The translations under genes were made by a program, and so were the position numbers. DNA of 33,131 bases. It comes from Octopus sinensis. Lineage: Eukaryota. Numbering within the stretch: the stretch's first letter is position 1; each line of letters starts with the position of its first letter. A model generated the notes under the pieces. It was not told the DNA's origin. It made no database searches and was given only the letters and a program-made list of their open reading frames with translations. Location of the stretch: the NCBI RefSeq assembly GCF_006345805.1, contig NW_021832726.1, forward strand, positions 1 to 33,131. The letters run 5' to 3'. Positions 1-11,359 of this stretch are shown here, piece after piece.

Positions 1-335
1 ATATGTAGACATACACAGACACACACATACATATATATACATATACATTTACTGTTTATATCTATCTAGCTACGGACGTATATATGTTGTGTGGGTGATT
101 ATATTATATATATATATATATTAATATATATATATATAGATGTATAGATAGATAGATAGATACATACATACATAATACATACATACATACTTACATACTT
201 ACATACATACATTCATATATATATGTACATTTATATATATACACACACACACACACACATGCACACATATGCACACGCACATAGATATATGTAGAGGGAA
301 GAGGGTGCACAGAGAGAGAGAGAGAGAGAGAGAGA
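1..335. repeat. Compound microsatellite (TA/CA/TAGA/TACA/GA)n
   Basis: Runs of atat, acac, gata, taca and agag seen directly. Confidence 0.95.
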
Positions 336-729
336 ACAAGATAAAGGGACAGTGAGTTAATAAAAGATTTTGAAAGAATTAAGGGTGGAAGTTGTATATT
401 TTTGAGGCTTCTAAAATACAAGAAGAGTGTAGCAGTGTGGAGAAGGGAAAAGAAGACATATTTTGAAAAGATCAAAGACAACCTCTTTAATGACCACCAC
501 CACCAACACCACCACCACCACCACTACCATCACCGCCGCCGCCCCCACCATTACCTTCAGTATTTACCAATGCATACACATCATCCTTCCCCTTCTTTTT
601 GCCATGGGATCATCTTGGTACCTTTCACCATTTATACAAAACTGAGTCTTAATCATTGTTTTCCTATGAGAAACAGGGAGGGGGAGAGAGGAAAAGGAAG
701 AGCGATTGGATGTGGGCGTGCATGTTTGC

Positions 730-1212
730 GTGTGTGTGTGTGAATGTGTGTGTGAATGTGTATGTGTGTACGTGCGTATGTGTGTACGTGTGTATGTGTG
801 TTTGATTATGCATGTGTCTGTGCAGAGGACGATGAGTAAATAGATAGTCAAAGAAATGGAAGGGAGGTGTAGTGTATGCACATGTATGTATGCATGTATG
901 TATGTATGTATGTATGTATGTATGTATGTATGTATGTATGTGTGTGTGTGTGTGTGTGTGTGTATTTCTGTCAGTGTTTGTGCATGTCTGTATATGTATG
1001 CGTGTATCTGTGTGCACACATACATAGATATATATAAAAGAATATATATGTTTATTTGAATGCATATGAATGCATATTTATGCACTTATCTGAATTTGTG
1101 TGAGTGTACATGTGTGTATATACATGCATACATACATATATATATGTATATACATACACACACACATATATATATACATACATTCATATATATATATATA
1201 TTCATATATATA

Positions 1213-1243
<31 letters not shown>

Positions 1244-1353
1244 TTATTCATATACATATGTATATATGTGTGTGTGTGTGTGTGTGTGCATATATGAATA
1301 AAAATATATGCATGTGTGCACGGTTTGTATGCATGCTTGTATGTAGATATGTG

Positions 1354-1402
<49 letters not shown>

Positions 1403-2310
1403 CTATATGCATCTGTGTATATGAATATAACTGTATGCTTGTATTCATGATTTGCTTGCTTGCATGTATGTAGATATGTGTGTGTATGTATATATATATA
1501 TGTGGGGGGTGTATGTATATCTACATGTGTGTATATGTGTGTGTGTGTGTACATATGAATTCATGTGTATGCATGTATATGAATGTATGTAAACGCATAT
1601 GAGTTCATGAGTGTATATATATGTTTGTATGTATGTGTGTGTGAGTATATATATGTGACTGCACATGTATGGATGTGTCTGAATGTGTGTAGATGTACAT
1701 GGGCTCATGCAGGAACATGCATGTTTGCATGTTTTGTGTGCATATATTTGTATATGTATTTGCATATGTGTGTATATCTATGTAGTATGTGCTTGTGCAT
1801 ATACATGCATATGTGTGTGTATATTTGAGTGTATATAACCCACATAAGGAGTTTTACTGACTTTGTAAAGGGTAAAAAAGGGAACGTGGTTGTTTTCATC
1901 TGTGTGCTTATGTATGCGCATGTGTATGTGTATGTATGCGTGTATATTTGTTGGTGTGCATGTTTAGAATTTGTGCATGTGTATGTACATTTAAATACGT
2001 ATTCATGGATGTATATGTGTTTGCATGTGCATGTATACGTTCGTATGCCTAGAGGGTGCGTAGAGTTTTTAAAGAATTAAGGAGAGAGAGAAAGTACATG
2101 AATACATGTATACATGTGTCTATGTATGCTCACATGTATATATACATACATACATGCACACACCACACACACACATAAGTATTTATGTGTGTGTGTATGT
2201 ATATGTATGTAGGTACATGTGAACATATGCACATGTATATATGACGTGCATGTACATGCAAACATGTACATAAAACATAAATGTACACACTTTTTCACTA
2301 ACAATTGCTG
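730..2310. repeat. ~1.6 kb degenerate compound (TG)n/(TA)n/(TATG)n tract
   Basis: Continuous TG/TA/TATG-derived low-complexity sequence; produces the Y/I/V/C/H/T-rich pseudo-ORFs in the track. Confidence 0.95.
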
Positions 2311-2397
2311 TATATTTTGTTTGTTGTTGTTAGTATTGTTGTTGTAGTTACATGTACAGTTGTTGAGTTCTTTATGCTATTGTCATTGCAGCTGTTG

Positions 2398-2429
<32 letters not shown>

Positions 2430-2439
2430 GGAGGTGGAG

Positions 2440-2690
2440 GTAATTTTGTTTTGTCAGTATAGCAAATATTATTGTTAATATTGTTAAAGTCCCAGGTCTC
2501 TCCTGATGGAACAGACTTATGCTCAAAGGCTTGCCTGCCATGACCATCCTGTCTTTTTGTTCTATGTACAAGAAAATCCCAGGTCGCATTATCTAATGTG
2601 CCCCTCAATGGCTCAATCATTTTGATAATGATAATAGCATGTGATTTCATGGAGATTAGGCTGCTGTTTCTAGCAAGTCAATTGTCTATA
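2440..2690 (-). mobile_element. Interspersed SINE-like repeat, family D
   Basis: Shares blocks 'cc-aggt..ccctgat..a.cagac.tatg.tcaaaggc.t.cc.gccatgacc' and 'catgtgattt.atggagatt.ggctg.t.ttt.tag' with copies at ~2950-3130, ~30320-30405 and ~30430-30630; flanked by (TTG)n. Confidence 0.6.
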
Positions 2691-2714
2691 TAAATACTTC
2701 TTCTTTAGTTCATT

Positions 2715-2925
2715 GTCAGTGAAGGCACATGTCTTTGTGGTTAGGGTGTTCAGATCACGATTGTAAGGTTATGAGTTCAAATCCCAGTGAGGCATTGTGT
2801 CCTTGAACATGACAACTGCATTACGGGTACATGTGACTGTGGAGTACTCAGCCACATGCATGCTAATTTCAACTGAAACTTTCATCATCATAACCAACAG
2901 AGGGCCAGTTCATCGTCAGTGTTGT
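2715..2925 (+). mobile_element. Degenerate tRNA-derived SINE, family C
   Basis: Head 'ggcacatgtctttgtggttagggtgttc...gagttcaaatccc' (A/B-box-like); body matches the reverse complement of the 16105-16408 and 21641-21965 copies. Confidence 0.6.
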
Positions 2926-2949
2926 TGTTCTTCTTCTTGTTATTGCTGT

Positions 2950-3130
2950 TGCTATTTAGCCCTAGGTTAGACGTGATTAAACAAACTATGATTGAAAGCA
3001 TTTCAACCATGAACTTCTAATTTTTTCCTATATCTTACGCTACATTCTCTAGCATGGCCTTCAAAGTTTTAAGATGTAGCATGTGATTTTATGGAGATTT
3101 GGCTGTTATTTTTAGGATATTAAATGACCA
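2950..3130 (-). mobile_element. SINE-like repeat family D, second copy
   Basis: Homologous to 2440-2690 (e.g. 'gcatgtgattttatggagatttggctgttattttt'). Confidence 0.55.
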
Positions 3131-3320
3131 CATATAGGCTCATGCATTGGTGTGCAGCTGTTACTGCTTATGCTGATGTTGCTGTTGTTTTTATTGTTGT
3201 AGTTGATGTTGTTGTCGTTGTTGTTGTTGTGATAGATGTTGTTCTTGTTGTTTTTGTTGTTATTGATGTTTTTGTCGATGTTGCTGTTGTTTTAGTTGTT
3301 GTTGTTATTGCTGCTGCTGT

Positions 3321-3522
3321 TCTTTTGTTCTTTTATTCTTTTACATGTTTCGGTCATTTGACTGCAGCCATGTTGGAATACCTCCTTGAACAAATCAACC
3401 CCAAGACTTAAATTCTTTTTTTCAAAGCCTTGTACTTATTTTATCAGTCCTGTAGCCAAACCACTAAGTTACAGGGACATAAACGCATGAGTACCAGGGG
3501 TGGGAGGACAAACACAGACACA
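3321..3522 (-). mobile_element. SINE family A, 3' half
   Basis: Reverse complement matches the 3' part of the full copies at 22953-23385 and 24109-24533, including 'cagtcaaatgac.gaaaca.gtaaaaga' and the (TAAAAGA)n tail. Confidence 0.8.
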
Positions 3523-4007
3523 ATGACACTCACATGGATATATATATATATATACACATACATGCATACATACATAAATACACACATATATATACATATA
3601 TATATAAATATATATTCATCTCCAGTCGAAAGACGCCTGTTGTTATGTCCTGTTATTATTATTATAATTGTTTTTTTTTGCATTATTTTTGTATTTATAT
3701 TCATGCAACATCGTCCGTTTTTCCGTCCTTGTTTCGTATACATTCGAAGCTTATTTCCCAGGAATCTAATGCTCTTAGCTTAGTGTTTCCTTGGGGCTGG
3801 CCAGATTGGAGCAATCTCAAGATTAATCACCCGAAATTGCAAGGATGATCCGGTTCATGACTGAAGATTAAAGACTTCGAATGACCCATCCGTGTTTTAT
3901 GTATTGTCTATCTGGATGTTTTGCGTTCTTGTCCCATTTTGTATTTTATATATATATATATAGCGGCGTACGTACACTTTGTCCTCTTTCTCTCTCTCTC
4001 CCTCTCT

Positions 4008-4039
<32 letters not shown>

Positions 4040-4049
<10 letters not shown>

Positions 4050-4370
4050 ATATACATATGTGGTAATCTGTGGATGTGTTTGTTTGTGGCATCGTTATCT
4101 AATTCCTCCTACATCGTTTTATCGATTTTGATGAAACTTGACCCATGAGTAGAATTCATGTCTGGAAAACTAGTGACATATTTAGATTTTTGAAAAAAAT
4201 TGATAATAAGGCCCCTGGAAGGGATTCTTATATCTACTGCATATAACTAATATATTATTTTTAAACATCCAAGGAAAATAACCCATTCACTCCTGAAAGG
4301 GATCCTTATATATAGTCAAGGGAAATAACCCATTCATGTTCATAAATCATTTCCTATAAATCAAATTGAG
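4040..4370 (+). mobile_element. Degenerate non-autonomous Helitron-like element
   Basis: Starts in TC(TA)n, carries 'atcgattttgatgaaactt' and two 'aagg.aaataacccattc' repeats similar to 'aagggaagtaact' of the 23744-24049 Helitron; 3' CTAG/hairpin not intact. Confidence 0.35.
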
Positions 4371-5049
4371 TATGCTTATTTCTTAGTATTTGAACTATTT
4401 GAGTTATTTTCGCAATTTATCCAGTACAGCACTTAAACAAGTAAATAGTATTTTCGTAGGCAATAGATCCACTTATTTCAATTAGTGAATTATTCACGAA
4501 TATACCAACACTAACGCTGCTCTATGTAATATTCTCTGTGAATACTCAAAAGCATTTTTCTGAGTTATTTACTTTGAATTGTTATTATCTCGTATCTAGT
4601 TAGTCTGTTATTACATAACATGCTTCATGATTTTACTATAAATACGTTATTAGTATTTCCTCCTAAGTTTTATATACTCTTGGAATGTATTAAAACCCTT
4701 TTCAGGGTTACTATATTTGAATTCTTACTGTCGGGTAATTATTTTCATGTTATTACATAACTAACTTCACAGTTTGGGTATTCATAACTTATTGGGAATT
4801 TCTAAAAACAAGATCCTGTGTAAGACAGTTTGGTACTCTCAATAAATGAAACAAAGACAGTTTTAAGGGCTACATACTTTGTATTGTTGTTACTGGATTA
4901 GTGAAACAATTATGAGAATGGAACCAAGGGATAAGCCCCACTTTCCCAGGAATTACTGGATATGTCAGCCAGTGTATATCTATATATAAACCATGTAGTT
5001 GGGAACCAAGCTTCTTACCACACAGACATGCCTGTACATATGTATATAT

Positions 5050-5140
5050 ATAAGACACTTGCTCCAGGTGCCATGAAGTAGGACTGAACTTTGAACCATG
5101 TGGTTGAAAAGCAAGCCTCTTACCAAATAGCTATGCATAT
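5050..5140 (-). mobile_element. SINE family A head fragment
   Basis: 'gacacttgctccaggtgccatg...aaccatgtggttg..aagcaagc.tcttacca' is the reverse complement of the family A head. Confidence 0.65.
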
Positions 5141-6354
5141 TAATATATACATACCTGGTAAGTACCTTCTGTTGCTAGTCAGGGTAGACAGTAAGCATTA
5201 ATGAATGAATATTGTTAGCAAATAATTTTTTTATACTATGAGATAAAATATATGGATATTTTCATAAACAAAAACCATTGTTTATTTACAAATATATGCA
5301 CAGATACATACATGCAAGCATGCATGTATACATGCATACATACATACATACATACATACATACATACATACATACATACATGCATACATACATACATATA
5401 TACATACATACATACATCTAACTGTGTTGCAAAACTAAACTCAGTGGGTGTTTAAAGAATGTGTTTATGGACAGTTGATGGGTCAGATGTTGTACTGAAG
5501 AAACAGCAATGACTCCTGAAATATGCATATACACCCAGTTATCTATTTTTCTATCTTTAATTGCATTGTTTACATAGACATATCTATTTACATATGCATT
5601 GAGTATGACAGTCACTGGAAATTATGAAATTTACCAGTTTCTGAATTTACACTATATTAATGACAAGATTTGCTTCTGATATAAAAAGCAGTAAATAATA
5701 CATTCACTATTGTTACAAGTAGCTACAACTGCAACTTGCCCTGTCAATGGTTTATATATTATTAAGTAGACGACTATTTTCATTTAATATTTCTTCAGTT
5801 GCAGACACTGGATTACTTATTCAGCCCAGCAGCAATTTTCATTATTCAAGAAATTTTTATTTACTGCTTCCTATAACGAAGATGACAATTCTCATCTAAG
5901 CATGTGCTTAGTCGTAAGTACACTTTGCTGACAAGGATGAAATGCATCTGATGTTCTTGCTATTAGCTATAGGGACAATTTTTCATCTCCTTCAATATAC
6001 ATGGTGTTTCAAACAAAGCACATCCATGACGTGTTATCTCTGAATGGAAATCACTATAGCTTGCCTGTCAATGATGTATGTACAGTAAGTATGATACATA
6101 AATGATTATTATACATGCGGACATATATACATACTCTCACATATACATGCTTATACACAACCATGCAATGCTTACCCACATTCATATATACACATATATA
6201 CATGCGTACATGCATATACACTTGCACACATATGTGTATAGATAATAGAAACATATGTACATGCATATATACATATATACATACCCACATATACATATAT
6301 ACATATATTCATACGCATCCATGCACATATAAACCTACATATACGCATAAAAAG

Positions 6355-6595
6355 AGGATCAGAGGTTCTTCCCAAGCCATAAGCTCATAAGGCTGGTTTC
6401 CCAAATTCTGTGGTGTATATATTCCCTATTGGATAGGATGCCAGTCCACAACAAGTCTCTTCGTTTTTGGTATCTGAGTTGCCTGGAACAATAGGAAATG
6501 AAGTACTTTGCACAAAGCATCTTTCAGTCCAGGAATCGAAACCACAATCTTATGTTTATGAGTGTAACGTCCTAACCAAAAGGCCACATGCCTCC
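6355..6595 (-). mobile_element. tRNA-derived SINE with family C-like head and a distinct body
   Basis: 'ggaatcgaaaccacaatc...cctaacca..aggccacatgcctcc' is the reverse complement of an A/B-box head; body contains 'ggataggatgccagtcc'. Confidence 0.55.
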
Positions 6596-6666
6596 ACACA
6601 CATATGCATACAAACATCGACATGCATCACTAGCTCAACATTTGTTTATTATTACATCAATATATA

Positions 6667-6885
6667 GAGCGGTGAGCAGGCAGAATCGTTAGCACACCAG
6701 GTGAAATGCTTAGCGGTAGTTTGTTTGTCTTCACAATCTTAGCTCAAATGCCACTGAGGTCGACTTTGCCTTTCATCCTTTTAGGGTTGATTAAATAAGT
6801 ACCAGTTACGCACTGGGGTCGATGTAATCAACTATCCCCCTCCCTCAAATTTCAGGCCTTATGCCTATAGTAGAGACGATTATTA
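6667..6885 (+). mobile_element. tRNA-derived SINE, family B
   Basis: Colinear with the well-preserved copy at 27583-27812 (head, 'gaggtcgactttgcctttcatcctt', 'aagtaccagt', 'cactggggtcgatgtaatc'). Confidence 0.85.
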
Positions 6886-6954
6886 CATCAATATATATAT
6901 CAATCTTTCAGTATAATTCTCCTAATGTCTCACCTCTTTCCTTCAAACACACAC

Positions 6955-6958
6955 TCTG

Positions 6959-7016
<58 letters not shown>

Positions 7017-7017
7017 C

Positions 7018-7055
<38 letters not shown>
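6955..7055. repeat. (TCTA)n(TCTG)n compound tetranucleotide repeat
   Basis: Directly visible. Confidence 0.95.
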
Positions 7056-7059
<4 letters not shown>

Positions 7060-7755
7060 ATATATGTGTGTGTGTATGTATTGATATATCTGTCTGTCTA
7101 TCTATTTATCTCACTATCTATTTGTTTCTTTTTGCATCTACCTGCCCATCTGTCTGTCAATCTTTCTCACTCTCACACACTCTCTCTCTCTCTCCTTATC
7201 TCCCTTTCTGTCTGTCTGCTTGTGTATTTAACCTACCTAGTCTTCCATCTGTTGTTGTCTTACTTGTTGTCTCTCCCACCTAATTATATATATCATAGGT
7301 ACATAGGTATATCTATTTGACTGTCTATTTAATTACCTATGTCATCCCATCTGCTTGCATGCTCATTTCTATGTAGGTGCTCTCCCTCTTTCTCTCATGA
7401 ATGCACTTCACTGTCTGACACAATTTCTCTCTCTTTCTCTCTTTACATCTGCTCATACTTATGAGTGTGTGTGTGTGTGTGTGCGTGCGCGTGTGTGTGT
7501 GTGCACGCATGTATGTGCATGTGTGTGGTTATATATACATATACATATATATAGATTCATATATATATATGTATATGTGTGTGTTTGTGTGCGTGCACGT
7601 ATGTACACACATGTATATGTAGGATGCATGTGTGTGTGTGTGTACATATACATACACACACACATACACATATTTATAATACATATATACAAATATATAC
7701 ACATGTCTATATCTCTCTTCATATATAGATTCATAGATTCACAGATATTGATATA

Positions 7756-7790
<35 letters not shown>

Positions 7791-7791
7791 A

Positions 7792-9077
7792 TTGTGTCAT
7801 CCCATAAATAATGCAGTTTTCTTTAATTGCACAAACTATAATTTGGAGGGGGTGGGATAAACGACCTGCATCAGCTTGCTATAACCGCAGGAATTAATTT
7901 TGCCTTGTACTCATTCCTAGTGCAAGTTTTGAAGAGTGTAGTCCGATTTTAACAGATATGTTTTCAAAGCTATATAGGAAGTTACAAAAGAGCATATTCG
8001 ACATATTTTGCTTTATGAGTTCAACAAAGGCAACAATGCCACATAAAGTGTAAGGAATATTTATACAGTATATAGGGATCAGACAATAAGCAGAAGCCAG
8101 TGTCAACGTTGGTTCCAGAAATTCCAAGCCAGAAACTACAGCCTAGAAGACAAGCCATGTCCTGGAAGATATGTAGAGCTCAGTGAGGACATCCTGAAAA
8201 CCTAGTGGAACAAAATCCCATTGCAACTGTTGAGGAACTAACTGAGAAGATTGGATTTGGTCATTCAACCATTCATCAACATCTGCATGCCATTGAAAAA
8301 GTCAGCAAATTGGGTCAATGGGTTCCACACAAACTTTCCAAGTCTAATCACAAACAGCAGAGAGAGAATGTATGCTCTTCTTTGCTGTCATGTCTCACAA
8401 ATGAATCTTTTTTGGACTGAATAGTGAATTGTGATAAGAAATGAGTTCTCTATAGAAATATCAAGAGCTGAAGACAGTTGGTAGAGAAAGGAGAAACACT
8501 GGTAACTCAGGCTAAAGGTCTTCACCCGTGTAAAGTTTTGTTATCTGTTTGGCAGGATATGAAAGGTTTAGTCCACTTTGAATTTTTAATCCCAAACCAA
8601 ATGATAATGAATAAGATCTACTGCAAGTAGCTTCAGTAGCCTAGGTCAGCACTAGAAGAAAAACGACCATCTTTGGTTTCAAGATGAAAGGTGTTCTTCC
8701 ATCAGAATAATGCTCAGTCACTTACAGTGAGGATGGCATTCCAAAGGCTGGAGCAATTTGAATGGGAAACACTGTCCCACCCACCACATTCACCAGACAT
8801 TGCCCCATCTGATTATCATTTATTCTGCAGTTTTCAAAATCATTTGGACAGAAAAAATATGAATTCTGCAGAAGAGGTCAGAACAGTAGCGGAGGAGTAT
8901 TTTTCATCACAGACAAGTGATTTTTGATATAAGGGCCTCGCAAGCCTACCAGATAGATGGAAGAGTATTGTAGAAAATCATGGCGAGTATATTTCAGATT
9001 AAAAAAGAACTTTTTGCATCTTAATTTTAAAAACTAAAAGAAGTATAAAAAACTGCATTATTTATGGGATGACCCAC
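7792..9077 (+). mobile_element. Full-length (~1.29 kb) inactive mariner DNA transposon, DD34D
   Basis: Perfect 25-bp inverted repeat gtcatcccataaataatgcagtttt (7796-7820) / aaaactgcattatttatgggatgac (9049-9073); TA at 7790-7791; encloses a transposase remnant. Confidence 0.95.
7978..9002 (+). pseudogene. Mariner transposase pseudogene
   Basis: Manual translation: EVTKEHIRHILLYEF...QRWFQKF...WVPHKL...IVNCD(8433)KK...HQN(8706; D->N)NA...HSPDIAPSD(34-aa spacing)YHLF...GEYISD*; one frameshift near 8203 and several in-frame stops. Confidence 0.93.
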
Positions 9078-9399
9078 TGCATTCAAAGCAATGAATAGTT
9101 GTATTCAAAGCAATGATTAGTAACTTACGAAACCAGTATGCTTGAATATCTTTAACAATTCTCAATAATGACTTTTATTACTTTTATTCCTACCTCAGTT
9201 CATCTAATTGTATATATCTTTCATTACTTTTCATAAAAAGCCTTTACTTTTTTGATTTCCAATGCGATTTTTCGTTTATTTTTCTTACTTTCCCCTTACA
9301 TTACTACGTGTAGTTTCTATTTTCTCTTTGTAACATATTTCTATTATATATATATATATACATATATATATACATGCATATATATAGCAAATTTAAGAC

Positions 9400-9990
9400 A
9401 GAAGATGGAATATATGGAAATTTATTATTAATTACGACAATTGTTTCACCACATCTAGCATCGATTCCTCTTGGGTAGGGCACTCAACAACTGGTTCAGG
9501 AGCATCAGGTAGTGCAGATGTATCTCATCGGGTGAGTAAAATGACTGTTCCACAACGTGACTTTCCCTTTTGTAGAGAGAAAAGTGGCCAGACAGTAGAA
9601 ATATCTTCATTTATATAGAAGATCAAAAATAAAATCACCAATGACAAAAAGAGAAATGAACATGCAATCTAACGAGAAAATTATTAAAAAATTAATATGA
9701 ACAGGTATGGATGTATAAATGCCCTCGAGCAAGCAGCATGGCATGAGTACACTCACTCATATAAGCATCCACAAAAATGTGAACATACGCATATGTGAGG
9801 TTAGGTGCACTCAAGATCACAAAGCAAGTTATTTATCAGCTTGGTGTTTATAAGAATGGGGAGGTTAAAAGTAAACTTAAGTCATCCATGCCTTAAAGTA
9901 AATTAACTTAAGTTAACGATTACTCAAAATTCATTCTCACTGCAATATGCAAAAGTACATTTATATGCATGTAGGTATCTTGAGAGTCAT
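9400..9990 (-). mobile_element. Possible highly degenerate Penelope-like 3' end / pseudo-LTR
   Basis: Hammerhead-like remnant at 9433-9479 and weak frameshifted similarity (ENEF*V..LKLIY..GMDD, ~9880-9940) to the GIY-YIG C-terminal RE..WI..L.T..P.G motif. Confidence 0.3.
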
Positions 9991-10134
9991 TCAGAAATTC
10001 TATTAATTATCTTCTCGTTAGTCCACAAAATAGACAGGGATTTCTCAGAGCAGAGACGGTATCTCCTGGAAATTATATTATAGGGTTTCACATACCTTAC
10101 TATGTATATATGTATACATGTATATACAGACATG

Positions 10135-11341
10135 TCATCATCATTATTGTTTAATGTCCATTGTCCATGCTGGCATGGGCTGGATGGTTTGACTGGTTTG
10201 GCATGCTGGAAAGCTGCACCAGACTCCAGTTTCTGATTTGCCATGGTCTTCTATGACTGGATGCCCTTCCTAAAACTAACCATGGGTGTAATGGGTGCTT
10301 TTACATGCCACCAATATGGGTACCATTTGCATGACACAGGGGTGCTTTTATGTACCAATTTGCATGACACTAGTATCAGCCACGACTGCAATTCTGCTCA
10401 GCTTGATGGGTCTTCTCAAGCATGACATAATGCCAAAGCTCTTGGTGATTGCCTCCATGAGGTCCAACATTCAAAAGGAACTCAGCAACTTTGCTTCTGT
10501 GAAGACCAATGTTCAAAAGGAACTCAGCCACTTTGCCTCCATGAGGCCCAATGCTCATAAAGGTGTTCTTTACGTGCCACCAGCATGGGTGCACTTGGCT
10601 TGATGGGTCCTCTCAAGCACAGCACATTGCCAAAAGTTTCGATCACTAGTCATTACCTCAGTGAGGCTCAAAGTTTGAAGATCATGCTTCACCACTCGTC
10701 CCATGTCTCCCTGGGTCTACCTGTACAACAGGTTCCCTCCACAGTTAGAGATCAGCACTTCTTTACTCAGATGTTCTCGTCCATATGCATCACATGACCA
10801 TACCAGCACAGTTGTCTCTTTTGTACACTATATCTGATCCTATTATGCCCAACTTTTCTCTCGGGATACTTACACTCTGTCATACATGCACACTGAAATT
10901 GCACATCAAGCAAAGCATACTGGCTTCATTTCTTTTAAGCCTACATATGTCCTCAGCTGTCACAGCCCCTGTTTTACTACCATGCAGCATAGCTGTTTGC
11001 ACACAGGCATCAAACAATCCACTTTTCACTCTGAGAGAGAAGCTTTTTGTTGCCACCAGGGGCAGGAGCTCTCTAAACCATGCCTAATTTTATTCTCACA
11101 GCAACACTCTCAGATCATCCACCTCTGCTATTAACTTTTTCATGTACATAACAGAAACTATCTACTACCTCTACCTGCCCCCCCCCCCCGATAGTTGATG
11201 GAATCTATTCTCTGCTCATTTTTAGCGTTTATTGTACCTGTGCATCTTCCACACACAAAAGCTAGTTTCCCTGTTAACATTCTTCTGATACTACTATACC
11301 ATTTACATGTCCAAAGCTCACAGTGGGTGCATCTTATGAAG
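10135..11341 (-). mobile_element. 5'-truncated RTE-clade LINE (RT C-terminal part, ORF end, 3'UTR, (GAT)n tail)
   Basis: Minus-strand translation EVVDSFCY...AWFRELLPLVATKSFSLRVKSGLFDACVQTAMLHGS...RNEASML...EKLGI...LTVEGTCCTGRPRETWDE; 3'UTR 'aggaagggcatccag...cccatgccagcatgga...ttaaac' followed by gat repeats; many stops/frameshifts. Confidence 0.88.
10448..10563. repeat. 42-bp tandem repeat (~2.7 copies) in the LINE 3' region
   Basis: Units start at 10448, 10490 and 10532; approximate consensus tttgcctccatgaggcccaatgttcaaaaggaactcagcaac. Confidence 0.9.
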
Positions 11342-11359
11342 TTTATATATATATATATA

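Noticed and set aside
3855-3890. CTGAAGA...GAAT in the CpG-rich segment
   Set aside because: GAAT instead of GAAA, no stems; the nearby GAAA (3627) is in the wrong order.
5489-5535. CTGAAGA...GAAA-TATGCATA-TA, hammerhead-like core order
   Set aside because: Stem III is palindromic, but stems I and II cannot pair; likely chance.
5765-5805. Minus-strand CTGAAGA-aatattaaat-GAAA-atag-TC
   Set aside because: No stem I, II or III pairing.
5799-5913. AG/GT-bounded 115-bp candidate exon (CRHWITYSAQQQFSLFKKFLFTASYNEDDNSHLSMCLV)
   Set aside because: Splice-like ends and one open frame, but no recognisable homology and phases (2 in, 0 out) not compatible with the other candidates; expected by chance in 33 kb. 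RNA-seq would decide.
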